Assembly (NCBI GenBank): GCA_046542995.1
Contig: JBKHAH010000003.1
Location: forward strand, 15,566 to 79,565
From: Bacteroidales bacterium
Lineage (GTDB): Bacteria > Bacteroidota > Bacteroidia > Bacteroidales > Tenuifilaceae
Reading direction: 5' to 3'
Length of the DNA: 64,000 bases
In this document: positions 10,492 through 20,211 of the stretch, piece by piece
Numbering within the stretch: position 1 is the first letter of the stretch
Layout of the letters: every line of letters starts with the position of its first letter
Program-made: the position numbers and the translations under genes
The notes under the pieces: generated by a model
The model's input: only the letters and a program-made list of their open reading frames with translations
The model's database searches: none
Told to the model about the DNA's origin: nothing

Positions 10492-11226
10492 ATGCCCTAT
10501 CGACGATTACCAAATACGGATAGCGCACGATTGAGAGCGCTAAAATCAGCAGCAAAAAAGGGGAGGGATTTGCCCCCATTCAAAATGGCATTCTCGCAAA
10601 GCACCTTTGCAAAGGTTGAACTGTTTATTAACGGGTACGAGAAAGCAATGGCTAATCACAAGGCTGCCTACGGTAAGCAGGTTGAACGCAATAAGAGCTA
10701 TCAGGCTGCTGCAAAAAAGGCCAGGCTTTATCTCTCCCATTTCATTCAGGTTCTGAATATGGCCATTTCAAGGGGAGAACTGCCAGAAAAGGTAAGGTCC
10801 CTTTACGGGATGGATATCGACGAGAAAAAATTACCAAACCTACATTCTGATAAGGACCTTCTTGAATGGGGTAAGAAAATTATTCAGGGCGAATCCGACA
10901 GAACAAGCAAAGGTCAGCCACCAATAACCAACCCAACCATTGCTGTTGTTAAGGTAAGGTATGAGAATTTTGTTGATGCTTATAACCATCAGCGCATATT
11001 GCAGCAGAATACGCAACGTAGTCAAGCAGAGCTTGAAAAGCTAAGAAAAGAGGCCAATCAGATTATTCTGAATATCTGGAATGAGGTGGAAGACACATAT
11101 AAGGATATGCCCGACCACGAGCGACGAGAGAATGCTCAGGAGTATGGCGTTGTGTATGTTTACAGAAAGAATGAGCTTAAAGGCCTTCAGATGCTTGAGC
11201 GGGGTCTGGTAGATCTTGATGTGTAG
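10492..11226 (+). CDS. Hypothetical protein (helical, K/E/Q-rich, no recognised domain)
   Basis: 244-aa ORF with no competing frame except at its 3' end; no family recognised. Confidence 0.5.
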   Translation: MPYRRLPNTDSARLRALKSAAKKGRDLPPFKMAFSQSTFAKVELFINGYEKAMANHKAAYGKQVERNKSYQAAAKKARLYLSHFIQVLNMAISRGELPEKVRSLYGMDIDEKKLPNLHSDKDLLEWGKKIIQGESDRTSKGQPPITNPTIAVVKVRYENFVDAYNHQRILQQNTQRSQAELEKLRKEANQIILNIWNEVEDTYKDMPDHERRENAQEYGVVYVYRKNELKGLQMLERGLVDLDV

Positions 11227-12145
11227 TTCTGTTTTTCCATATTAACCACAGTAACGCACCACCAGCTATCAAACTTAGCATTCCTAGCTGCCACATATCC
11301 GAAACTTCGCCTATTGTTTCAGAATCTTTGGGAATTACCCCCATGCCAATAAAGAAGTATGCAAAGACAGCCAGCCCGTTGTTTGTGAAATGAACAGCAA
11401 TGGGCGCCCAAATCGAACCTGTCCATACATAAAGGTATCCAAACATCATACCCAGTAAAAATCTTGGGAAAAACCCAAGAAACTGCAGGTGAATCGCGCT
11501 AAATACTAGCGAAGTGATGATAATTCCCACAAGAACATTTCCAGTTAATCTGCAGAAATATTTTTGAAGAACGCTCCTGAAAAGCAGCTCCTCTCCAATG
11601 GCAGGCAGAACAGCAACTACAAAAAGGTTCAGAATTAGCGTTCCGGAGTTGTCGGTAATAAGCAGCCTTTTTATAAGATGCTCAGCCGATTTCTCCATAT
11701 TAATCATCCATTCTGGCACGGGTATCTCTGCATTTAACGAGCCAATTAAATTAATCCCAGGGATAAACGTTACCATCATTATAATTGATAGCAGCAGAAG
11801 ATTGAATGGGATTTTCTTGAATCCAAGAAATTTTGCACTATTGTTTGATGCCAGTAAAGCGATAGCAACTGAAGGAAATACGAATAAGCCTGCGGTTTGA
11901 AACATTTGCATTATTCTCACCGAATGTAAGCCAAGAGCGGTTTCAGTACTAAAGGTTGTAAGCATGTCAGGATCCCAAGTCCCGGAGAGAATGGCAACTG
12001 TTATTATTCCCAATAGTAAAAAAACCAAAAAACCGATACAAGCTAGAAGTAGCGTGAGCATTATCCCTCTGGCTGCCGACATATCTTTGAAGAGTGAGCG
12101 AATCATTTTTTCCTCAAATATAATCAAGGTTTCATTATATACCAT
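11177..12145 (-). CDS. CPBP-family (CAAX/Abi) intramembrane glutamic endopeptidase
   Basis: Polytopic membrane protein with motifs EELLFRSVLQ and FSAIHL...HFTNN. The start may instead be the internal MIRSLF (12106). Confidence 0.8.
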   Translation of the reverse strand: MVYNETLIIFEEKMIRSLFKDMSAARGIMLTLLLACIGFLVFLLLGIITVAILSGTWDPDMLTTFSTETALGLHSVRIMQMFQTAGLFVFPSVAIALLASNNSAKFLGFKKIPFNLLLLSIIMMVTFIPGINLIGSLNAEIPVPEWMINMEKSAEHLIKRLLITDNSGTLILNLFVVAVLPAIGEELLFRSVLQKYFCRLTGNVLVGIIITSLVFSAIHLQFLGFFPRFLLGMMFGYLYVWTGSIWAPIAVHFTNNGLAVFAYFFIGMGVIPKDSETIGEVSDMWQLGMLSLIAGGALLWLIWKNRTTHQDLPDPAQASEGL

Positions 12146-12187
12146 GAGGTTTTTGGTTGTGAATAATATTATTTCCTAAACTCTGCC

Positions 12188-12195
12188 TATTTTTG
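12188..12195 (+). promoter_or_regulatory. Candidate -7 box (TATTTTTG) for dusB
   Basis: TAnnTTTG match 27 nt upstream of GTG 12222. Confidence 0.35.
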
Positions 12196-12221
12196 TACCC
12201 CAATTCTATATAAATTTTAAA

Positions 12222-13238
12222 GTGAAAATAGGTAATATTGATTTAAGTGAAAAGCCTCTCTTCCTGGCTCCAATGGAGGATGTGACCGACCCTTCCTTCC
12301 GCTACCTGTGCAAGCGGTTTGGTGCCGATATGATGTACACTGAGTTTGTTAATTCCGATGGGCTAATCCGCGATGCTTCTAGCTGCCATTTTAAAATGAA
12401 CATTTTCGATTATGAACGCCCCATAGGTATTCAGCTGTACGGACATATTATTGAGAGCATGGTGGAGGCTTGCCGCTTGGCAACAGAAGCCAACCCCGAG
12501 GTTATTGACATCAATTTTGGTTGTCCGGTAAAAAAAATTGCCAACCGTGGTGCTGGGTCAGGTATGATGAAGGATGTTCCCAAGATGGTTGAAATGACCC
12601 GCCAGATTGTGAATGCAACAAACTTGCCTGTTACTGTTAAAACCAGGTTGGGGTGGGATGAGCAATCGAAAAATATTGTAGAGATTGCTGAGCGTCTTCA
12701 GGATGTTGGCATACAGGCTCTAACTATTCATGGGCGAACTCGTTCGCAGCTTTACAGGGGGGAGGCTGATTGGACGCTAATTGGCGATGTGAAGAACAAT
12801 CCGAGGATGCATATCCCGATTATTGGTAATGGCGATGTTGATGGTCCGCACAAGGCAGTGGAGATGTTTAATAAATATGGGGTTGATGGGGTAATGATTG
12901 GGCGAGCTACCTATGGTCGTCCATGGATTTTTAAGGAGATTAAACATTTTATGGAGCATGGTGTTGAAATGACACCCTTTACCGTTGAGGAGAAGGTTGA
13001 TATTGCGATGGAGCACCTCAAAAAATCAATAGAGGTGAAGGGTGAAAGAAGGGGTGTGCTGGAAATGCGGAGGCATTTTACTTGCTATTTTAAGGGTTTA
13101 CCAAATTTTAAGCACCTTAGGCTTAAACTTGTTACAACCGATTGCCCTCAGGAGTTGGAGCAACTTCTTTCGATGGTAGCAGAGCGTTATGCAGGGTTTA
13201 CGCAGGATCAAAGTATAAATCCTTCACCTTGGTTGTAG
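12222..13238 (+). CDS. dusB: tRNA-dihydrouridine synthase
   Basis: 338 aa, GTG start. LAPMEDVTD, DINFGCP, TVKTRLGWD, HGRTR, NGD motifs of the Dus family. Confidence 0.9.
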   Translation: MKIGNIDLSEKPLFLAPMEDVTDPSFRYLCKRFGADMMYTEFVNSDGLIRDASSCHFKMNIFDYERPIGIQLYGHIIESMVEACRLATEANPEVIDINFGCPVKKIANRGAGSGMMKDVPKMVEMTRQIVNATNLPVTVKTRLGWDEQSKNIVEIAERLQDVGIQALTIHGRTRSQLYRGEADWTLIGDVKNNPRMHIPIIGNGDVDGPHKAVEMFNKYGVDGVMIGRATYGRPWIFKEIKHFMEHGVEMTPFTVEEKVDIAMEHLKKSIEVKGERRGVLEMRRHFTCYFKGLPNFKHLRLKLVTTDCPQELEQLLSMVAERYAGFTQDQSINPSPWL

Positions 13239-13268
13239 TGTGCTTATTACTCAATAAAACAGTTTAAA

Positions 13269-14180
13269 TTGAAAGAGAATCCCTTAGTTAAATCAACCAA
13301 CTTTCTGGCAATTATTGCCTGCGTTCTATGGGCGACTGCTTTTGTTGGAATAAAGGTGGGGTTGGAACATGCCGATCCATTCCAGTTTGCAGGAATTCGT
13401 TTTTTTATATCAGGACTACTTATACTCCCATTCATACCACATCTTAAGGAGAAGCTAAAGGTTGCCAAAATGAATTTTGGGAAAATAGTTCTTGTTGGTA
13501 TAGTCCAGATATTTCTTCAGTATGCCCTTTTTTATAGTGGCATGGACATGGTACCTGGTGCTTTGGGGGCTATGATAATTGGCTCAGGTCCTTTGTTTAT
13601 TGCTGTTACTGCGCATTTTGTTCTAAAGAGCGATAAAATATCGGGCAGAAAATTGTTTAGTATTTTTCTGGGTTTAATGGGTATTGTTGTAATAAGCTTA
13701 GGTAGAAACCAAATGGGTGTGGTGGGTCCTTTGGTGGGTTTCGGTATTTTGATACTAATTGGTAACAATATTCTTTCGGGATTTGGTAATATTCTGGTTG
13801 CTAGCGATAGAAGGCGAATACCTCCACTTCTACTTAGCTCCTTTTCAATGATAATTGGAGGAGGAATGCTATTTGTTATGGGGTTAATTGTTGAAGGCCC
13901 CAGCCGGGGTCCGTTTCCCATAGAGTTTTTTGTGGCGTTAGCATGGTTAAGTTTTTTGTCGGCAGCAGCCATATCCATTTGGTACACTTTGCTAAAGCGC
14001 CCTGGGGTTAAAATATCCACGCTAAATATGTGGAAATTTATTATTCCTGTTTTAGGTGCAGTGTTGAGCTGGCTGATTTTGCCCGATGAAGAACCCTCGC
14101 TTCTGGCAATAATTGGGATGGTGCTGGTGACCGTGGCATTACTTATCTTAAATCTACATGCAAAAAAGCGCGGCATATAA
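13269..14180 (+). CDS. DMT-superfamily (EamA-like) transporter
   Basis: 303 aa, TTG start. 10 predicted TM helices in a two-EamA-repeat layout. Confidence 0.75.
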   Translation: MKENPLVKSTNFLAIIACVLWATAFVGIKVGLEHADPFQFAGIRFFISGLLILPFIPHLKEKLKVAKMNFGKIVLVGIVQIFLQYALFYSGMDMVPGALGAMIIGSGPLFIAVTAHFVLKSDKISGRKLFSIFLGLMGIVVISLGRNQMGVVGPLVGFGILILIGNNILSGFGNILVASDRRRIPPLLLSSFSMIIGGGMLFVMGLIVEGPSRGPFPIEFFVALAWLSFLSAAAISIWYTLLKRPGVKISTLNMWKFIIPVLGAVLSWLILPDEEPSLLAIIGMVLVTVALLILNLHAKKRGI

Positions 14181-14187
14181 CCGCGCT
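14167..14187. terminator. Short GC hairpin between convergent EamA and TPR genes
   Basis: AGCGCGG-catataa-CCGCGCT, overlapping the EamA stop codon. Confidence 0.4.
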
Positions 14188-14214
14188 AGCGAACTCAATT
14201 TATGTTGTCTCTTG

Positions 14215-15468
14215 CTATTCGTTTATCTGCACCTGGCTACGGCAGTACATCTTCAGCATTGGCTCTGCCTGTTTGTAACCAAGGTCAAGCGCTTTCTGAA
14301 AATCTTCACATGCACCCTCAGTATCTCTAGTATTCATTCTTGAAATGCCCCTGTTGTAGTACGCCTCAGCATTTCTGGAGTCCCTTTTAATAATATAATC
14401 GTAGTCGGGCAGCGCCTCTTTGTGCATCCCCAGTATGGCTTTCGATACCGCTCTGTTGTAGTAGGCCTGAGCAAATTCCTTATCAAGTTCAATTACCTTG
14501 TCAAAGTCCTTAATTGAACCTGCATAGTCTGTTGATAGGGCCTTTGTAATTCCCCTCCCGTAATAGGCGCGTTTGTACTCGGGATTTAGTTCAATAGCTT
14601 TCGTAAAATCTTTAATCGATTGATTGTGCTTATTGATTTTCAGGTATGCACCACCACGGGCACCATAGGCCAGTGCATAGTCAGAATCTAGTTTTAGCGC
14701 CTTATTGTACATTTCTATGGATTCGTCGGTTTTGTTAAGGTTGTGCTTTGCTTGTCCCAACTGGTAGTATAGCTCCTTGTCATTCTCATCAATATCAGCG
14801 GCCATTGCTAAATCGCTTTCTGCTCCCTTGTAATCCTGAATTTTAAGTTTAAACATTCCTCTTTGCTTGTATGCTGTAGATGTGGCTTCCGATCCTTCAA
14901 TCATCTTGTCATAGTCATCAATAGCACCCATAAAATCGTCAAGATGCGCACGGGTTTCACCACGGCTATAAAAAGCTTCAAGATTCGAACCATCCAGCTC
15001 AATGCTTCGGTTGTAATCCTCAATGGCCTCGTCGTACTTATGCTGAGATGCTTTAAGCAGCCCTCTTTGGAAAAATGCCTGGGCATTGGAGTCGTTAAGC
15101 GCGATTGCCTTATTAAAATCGTCCATCGATTTTTCCAGTGCTTTTAACTTCCTGTTTGTGGTGCCTCGATTTAGGAAAAAGTCTGAAATGGTATCGTTTA
15201 TGCTAATTGCCTTATTAAAGTCAGTAAGTGCAAGAGAATCCTTGCCTAAAGCATCGTATGCCAAACCGCGTGCATGGTAAAAAGCTGCTGGTTTCTTATT
15301 AAACTTAATGGCTCGTGTAAACTTTTCAGCAGCTAACTCATACCTGGCCGAATCTGCAAGTTCAAGTCCTGTCTCATACGATTTTTGGGCAAAATGGGGG
15401 CGGAGAAGGAAGAATGCTCCGCCTGCAATAATAAGTAAGAGAAGAAGTGCTATTGCTGCTTTTTTCAT
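14215..15468 (-). CDS. Tetratricopeptide-repeat protein with signal/anchor sequence
   Basis: More than 10 tandem 34-aa TPR units (A..Y..RG......D...A..D..KA(I/L)EL(D/N)). Start set at MKKAAIALLLLLIIAG; the longer ORF reaches 15591. Confidence 0.85.
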   Translation of the reverse strand: MKKAAIALLLLLIIAGGAFFLLRPHFAQKSYETGLELADSARYELAAEKFTRAIKFNKKPAAFYHARGLAYDALGKDSLALTDFNKAISINDTISDFFLNRGTTNRKLKALEKSMDDFNKAIALNDSNAQAFFQRGLLKASQHKYDEAIEDYNRSIELDGSNLEAFYSRGETRAHLDDFMGAIDDYDKMIEGSEATSTAYKQRGMFKLKIQDYKGAESDLAMAADIDENDKELYYQLGQAKHNLNKTDESIEMYNKALKLDSDYALAYGARGGAYLKINKHNQSIKDFTKAIELNPEYKRAYYGRGITKALSTDYAGSIKDFDKVIELDKEFAQAYYNRAVSKAILGMHKEALPDYDYIIKRDSRNAEAYYNRGISRMNTRDTEGACEDFQKALDLGYKQAEPMLKMYCRSQVQINE

Positions 15469-15753
15469 AGGGTATATCTTTTGTGTTAATGTACAAAGAT
15501 ATATATTTTTCCTGCTCAATGAGTATGTAGCAATTTTTTTTGGGCGGAATGGTGTTATAAAAGATAAAGCAAATACGCTTGGTTGCTTCAACCTTTATGT
15601 TTCTAAAAACATGGAGAACTGCTCAGTGCCCACCTCAGCGTCTGGTTTCGCCTGCCCGACTGCTGCGGTCATGTGTGGGGAGAGCAGGAAGGTAGCCAAT
15701 CAATCCCCCGATGGTTATCGGAGCAACCAATCAATCAACCAGAACAGCTTGCA

Positions 15754-16497
15754 TTAATCCCCAATTTTTGCGCTAAAAAACTCCCTGTTCAACCTAGCAA
15801 TATGCGATATTGATATGCCCTTAGGGCATTCAGCTTCGCAAGCGCGCGTGTTAGTACAGCTGCCAAAGCCCAATTCGTCCATCTTGGCAACCATGTTTTT
15901 AACTCGCACCTTGCTCTCAACCCTGCCCTGTGGGTAAAGAGCCAATTGTGAAACCTTGGCTGCAATAAATAGCATTGCCGATGAGTTTTTACAGGCTGCC
16001 ACGCAGGCACCACAACCTATACACGATGCAGCATCGAAGGCATCATCGGCATGAGGCTTAGGAACGGGGATAGCGTTTGAGTCGCCTGCCTGTCCAGCAT
16101 TTACTGAGACGAAACCGCCAGCTTGCATTATTTTATCGAAGGCGTTGCGCTCTACAATTAAATCTTTAATTACAGGGAACGATGCAGCTCTCCATGGTTC
16201 AACCGTTATGGTTTCATTATCATTAAATTCTCGCATGTGTAGTTCGCAAGTGGTTGTTTTACTCATTACACCATGAGGTCGTCCGTTTATGTATAGTCCG
16301 CAGCAACCACAAATTCCTTCCCTGCAGTCGTGCTCGTAGGCAACGGGTTCTTTCCCTTCAGTAATTAGCTGGCTATTCAGGTAGTCGAGCATCTCGAGGA
16401 ACGACATTTCGGGCGAAACGTTAATCAACGAGTAGGTTTCAAATTTACCCTTTGATTTTGGATTTTTCTGCCTCCATATTTTTAGCTTAACGTTCAT
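15754..16497 (-). CDS. sdhB: Succinate dehydrogenase/fumarate reductase iron-sulfur subunit
   Basis: 247 aa. 2Fe-2[11 protein letters not shown], 4Fe-4[12 protein letters not shown] and 3Fe-4S C..C...CP motifs. Confidence 0.92.
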   Translation of the reverse strand: MNVKLKIWRQKNPKSKGKFETYSLINVSPEMSFLEMLDYLNSQLITEGKEPVAYEHDCREGICGCCGLYINGRPHGVMSKTTTCELHMREFNDNETITVEPWRAASFPVIKDLIVERNAFDKIMQAGGFVSVNAGQAGDSNAIPVPKPHADDAFDAASCIGCGACVAACKNSSAMLFIAAKVSQLALYPQGRVESKVRVKNMVAKMDELGFGSCTNTRACEAECPKGISISHIARLNREFFSAKIGD

Positions 16498-16531
16498 CTT
16501 ATTCTGTTGTTAAGTTATAATTCGGTTAGTT

Positions 16532-18451
16532 TTACTTGTAGCTTCGTACCTGAACTTTAACAAATTCATAGTTAAGTTCCTCCTTGTGGAGTTGAGGTTC
16601 GTTCTTTGGACCTTTATATTCCCAGGCTGCTACGTAGGAGAAGTTTTCATCGTCCCGCATGGCTTCACCATTCTCAGTCTGGCTTTCTTCTCTGAAATGT
16701 GCACCGCAGCTCTCTTTACGATTTAGGGCATCGGCACAAAGCAGCTTCGCCATCTCAAAATAATCGGCAACCCTGCTGGCTTTTTCTAGCTCTTGGTTCA
16801 GGTCTTCGTTGGAGCCGGTAACCCTAACATCTTTCCAGAATTCTTGCTCAAGTTCATCTATAAGTGTGAGAGCATTTTTTAATCCCTCTTCGTTTCTGTA
16901 CATTCCGCAAAAATCCCACATTATTTTACCCAATCTTTTATGGAATGATGTAACGGTTTTTGTACCGTTAATGGCAAGAAGTTTTTCAATCCTTTCTTTT
17001 GCCTGCTTTTCAGCCTCATCAAACTCAGGAGTATCTGTGGGTATTTTTCCCGTTTTAATATCATCGGCAAGATAATCGGAGATAGTATTGGGTAGGATAA
17101 AGTAGCCATCTCCAGCACACTGCATTAGCGAGCTGGCACCAAGCCTGTTAGCACCATGGTCAGAGAAGTTTGACTCACCTATAGCGTATAGGCCGGGTAT
17201 GGTGGTCATAAGGTTGTAGTCAACCCAAAGTCCACCCATGGTGTAGTGTCCTGCAGGGTAAATCCGCATTGGTCGTTCGTATGGTGACTCTCCAGTAATC
17301 TTCTCATACATCTCAAAAAGATTGCTATACTTATCTTCTATTGCTTTTTTCCCCTGTTTTTGAATGGCATCGCGAAAATCGAGGTAAACGGAGAGCCCAG
17401 AATCACCTACGCCGTATCCTGCATCGCATCTTTCTTTGGCTGCACGGGAAGCAACATCGCGAGGAACAAGATTGCCAAATGCCGGATATCTGCGCTCTAG
17501 GTAGTAGTCGCGTTCTTCATCGGGTATCTCGTTGGCCTTCCTTTTATCACCTTTAGTTTTTGGTACCCAAACTCTGCCATCGTTCCTAAGGGATTCGCTC
17601 ATTAGGGTGAGTTTGCTTTGAAAATCGTTAAGCACAGGGATAGAGGTAGGGTGAATTTGTATAAAGCTTGGATTTGCGAAGTAGGCCCCACGCTTGTAAG
17701 CTTTCCATGCAGCTGAGCCGTTAGAGTTAACAGCTAAAGTGGAGAGGAAGTATATGGTTCCATAGCCACCGGTTGCTAGCACCACTGCATGAGCAGAGTG
17801 GCGTTCAATTTCACCAGTAATTAAATTTCGAACTACAATTCCTCGCGCTTTGCCGTCAACTATTACTATGTCCAGCATCTCGCGGCGGGTAAACATGGTT
17901 ACTTTGCCTTTTTGCATTTGACGAACCAAAGCGCTATATCCTCCTAACAGGCATTGTTGACCGGTTTGCCCCTTTGCGTAGAAGGTGCGGCTTACCTGAA
18001 CGCCTCCAAAGGAGCGATTATCAAGAAGTCCGCCATAATCGCGGGCAAAAGGAACGCCCATGGCTGTGTAATGGTCGATAACGGCATTGCTAACCTCGGC
18101 GGCACGATAAACATTGGCCTCGCGGGCTCGGTAGTCGCCACCCTTAATCATATCGTAAAAAAGGCGGTAAACGCTATCGTTATCATTCTTGTAGTTTTTT
18201 GCAGCATTAATCCCTCCCTGTGCCGCAACGGAATGCGCCCGGCGTGGTGTATCCTGATAGCAGAATACTTTAACATTGTAGCCAAGCTCCCCAAGTGTTG
18301 AGGCGGCACCAGAGCCAGCAAGGCCAGTTCCCACAACAATAACATCAAGCTTCTTTTTGTTTGCTGCATTAACCAGCCTAATGGAGTTTTTATGTTTCGA
18401 CCACTTTTCTGTTAAGGGGCCTTCAGGTATTTTTGCGTTTAGCTTGCTCAT
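16532..18451 (-). CDS. sdhA: Succinate dehydrogenase/fumarate reductase flavoprotein subunit
   Basis: FAD motif [26 protein letters not shown] (covalent-FAD His), HYTMGG, active-site R. Start at MSKLNAK; ORF extends to 18469. Confidence 0.95.
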   Translation of the reverse strand: MSKLNAKIPEGPLTEKWSKHKNSIRLVNAANKKKLDVIVVGTGLAGSGAASTLGELGYNVKVFCYQDTPRRAHSVAAQGGINAAKNYKNDNDSVYRLFYDMIKGGDYRAREANVYRAAEVSNAVIDHYTAMGVPFARDYGGLLDNRSFGGVQVSRTFYAKGQTGQQCLLGGYSALVRQMQKGKVTMFTRREMLDIVIVDGKARGIVVRNLITGEIERHSAHAVVLATGGYGTIYFLSTLAVNSNGSAAWKAYKRGAYFANPSFIQIHPTSIPVLNDFQSKLTLMSESLRNDGRVWVPKTKGDKRKANEIPDEERDYYLERRYPAFGNLVPRDVASRAAKERCDAGYGVGDSGLSVYLDFRDAIQKQGKKAIEDKYSNLFEMYEKITGESPYERPMRIYPAGHYTMGGLWVDYNLMTTIPGLYAIGESNFSDHGANRLGASSLMQCAGDGYFILPNTISDYLADDIKTGKIPTDTPEFDEAEKQAKERIEKLLAINGTKTVTSFHKRLGKIMWDFCGMYRNEEGLKNALTLIDELEQEFWKDVRVTGSNEDLNQELEKASRVADYFEMAKLLCADALNRKESCGAHFREESQTENGEAMRDDENFSYVAAWEYKGPKNEPQLHKEELNYEFVKVQVRSYK

Positions 18452-18510
18452 TTTATAGTAATTTTTCAATTATTAATGTAGGATTAATGTTTAAATCAAA
18501 TATCCCGAAA

Positions 18511-19182
18511 TCAATAAAAAAGCCAGAAGTATAGTGGGATAATTGTAAATCCTACAGCAATTATTACTGCATAGATATATGATATTGCCTGTATTCTTGG
18601 TATCCACTTTTGGTTATTAAAACCAATGGTTTGAAATGCGCTCCAAAACCCATGGGAGAGGTGAAGTCCCAGTAGAATTGCTGAAACTATATAGATAACA
18701 TTGTACCACCAGTAATCAACAAAAAATTGAGACACTAAAAGGTACGAATTATGCATCTGCACACCATCGTAGGTAATGTAAGGAACATCTCCAAACCTTA
18801 ACTTTAAGAAAAAGTTTATTAGATGGAGAACAAGGAAGACCAGAATAACAAAACCGAGGATATACATGTTTCGCGATGACCAGGTTGTTAATTCGTTTGA
18901 TCCGCTTTTTGCATATCTTATCGGGCGGGTTCTCCTGTTTTTAAGGGTTAGGAATGTTGCATAAAAAATATGGAAAACAAAGCCAAACGCCAGAAGGTAC
19001 TCAACTATTTTTAGGACAGGGGTAGTAACCAGCGTGTGCGCAGCCTTATTGTAAAGTTCTCCGTCACCTATAAGTAGCAACAGGTTGGTTGCTAAATGAA
19101 CCAATAAAAAGAGCATAAGGAAAAGACCTGTTATGCTCATTATTAACTTTTTACCTAATGATGAACTGAAAATTCCAATCAT
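18511..19182 (-). CDS. sdhC: Succinate dehydrogenase/fumarate reductase cytochrome b subunit (b558 type)
   Basis: 223 aa, 5 TM helices with conserved His residues. First gene of the C-A-B operon. Confidence 0.85.
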   Translation of the reverse strand: MIGIFSSSLGKKLIMSITGLFLMLFLLVHLATNLLLLIGDGELYNKAAHTLVTTPVLKIVEYLLAFGFVFHIFYATFLTLKNRRTRPIRYAKSGSNELTTWSSRNMYILGFVILVFLVLHLINFFLKLRFGDVPYITYDGVQMHNSYLLVSQFFVDYWWYNVIYIVSAILLGLHLSHGFWSAFQTIGFNNQKWIPRIQAISYIYAVIIAVGFTIIPLYFWLFY

Positions 19183-19290
19183 GGATTCGGGTTTTGAGGT
19201 TTTGTGTTCAAGTTAAAGAATTTACCTTTGTCTTGAATATTTTTTAAGGAAAAAATAGGGTGTTCTATAGCATGTTGATTGTCGATTTGC

Positions 19291-20007
19291 TTATGAAGGC
19301 TCGCATAGGAGTTTTAGGTACCTGTCCTTTATCGATTTAAGGTTATCTTTTGTAAGGTTCTCTCTATAAATCCTAATCATATCAATAATTCCGTTGTTTT
19401 GAAAAACGTATGCAGAGGCTGCATCGAAATAGAGAAGACCGGTTTCATATTTAACTTCGGTGGTTAGCTTCTTGAAATCTTCCCAATTAATATAATCTGG
19501 CAAAGCAAAGTAACCTAGATTTGGCTGATTGCTCTCCATAAACATTCCTTCACCAACAGGTATAAAACTAAAGAAGCGTCTTAGTTTTATTATTGCCATT
19601 TCGTGTTGAAATGTTCTGGATTTTTTCTTGAAAGTAATGCCTTCTTCTAAATATTTTTCTTGTAGCAAGGCGATATGGCTGTAGTTTTGAATATCAAGGA
19701 ATCGGATTACATAGCATGTTTGGTTAAATATGGTTATGCTGCCCGTAACGCAATCAATTTTAAACTTAACTTTCTTTTGTACGTTAGTAGTTGCGCGCAT
19801 TAAAAATTCTAGAGAGAAATATTTGTCAAGAATAAAGTAAGTCATGTGAGGTTTTGAGGTGTGTGGAGCCTCGTTATAATATCCAAAGTAGGGTGAGTCT
19901 GCTTCAAATACACAAGTGTTTTTTAGGATGATATCATTATCTACACATGAAAGGGGCTCTTCTTTGATGATGCCGCCGTATCGTTCAATAGTTGGTTGGC
20001 TGCCCAT
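19291..20007 (-). CDS. Hypothetical protein
   Basis: 238-aa ORF from MGSQPTIERYGG (longest ORF reaches 20064); no recognised domain. Confidence 0.5.
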   Translation of the reverse strand: MGSQPTIERYGGIIKEEPLSCVDNDIILKNTCVFEADSPYFGYYNEAPHTSKPHMTYFILDKYFSLEFLMRATTNVQKKVKFKIDCVTGSITIFNQTCYVIRFLDIQNYSHIALLQEKYLEEGITFKKKSRTFQHEMAIIKLRRFFSFIPVGEGMFMESNQPNLGYFALPDYINWEDFKKLTTEVKYETGLLYFDAASAYVFQNNGIIDMIRIYRENLTKDNLKSIKDRYLKLLCEPS

Positions 20008-20211
20008 GGAGTAATATTTTATTGTATAGTATTCAAATATACAATAAAAAATGGTACGTTTCAATTCTTTATTGTGATCGTTAGATTGCTAATTATTGAA
20101 AACAATAGAAAGAAAAGGCTGGTGTATAGTCTTTTTACCAGAATTTTTTAAATTGTTGGTGTAACGATTAAAAAGCCAAAAGAAGCTGGCAGTAGCCCCC
20201 ATTCTTAAAAA

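Noticed and set aside
13532-14176. 214-aa minus-strand ORF
   Set aside because: It is antisense to the EamA transporter. Its Pro/Ile-rich composition is typical of reverse-frame translation of membrane genes.
15308-15757. 149-aa plus-strand ORF
   Set aside because: It is mostly antisense to the TPR gene, with low-complexity composition and no motif. Its intergenic tail is reported separately as a structured spacer.
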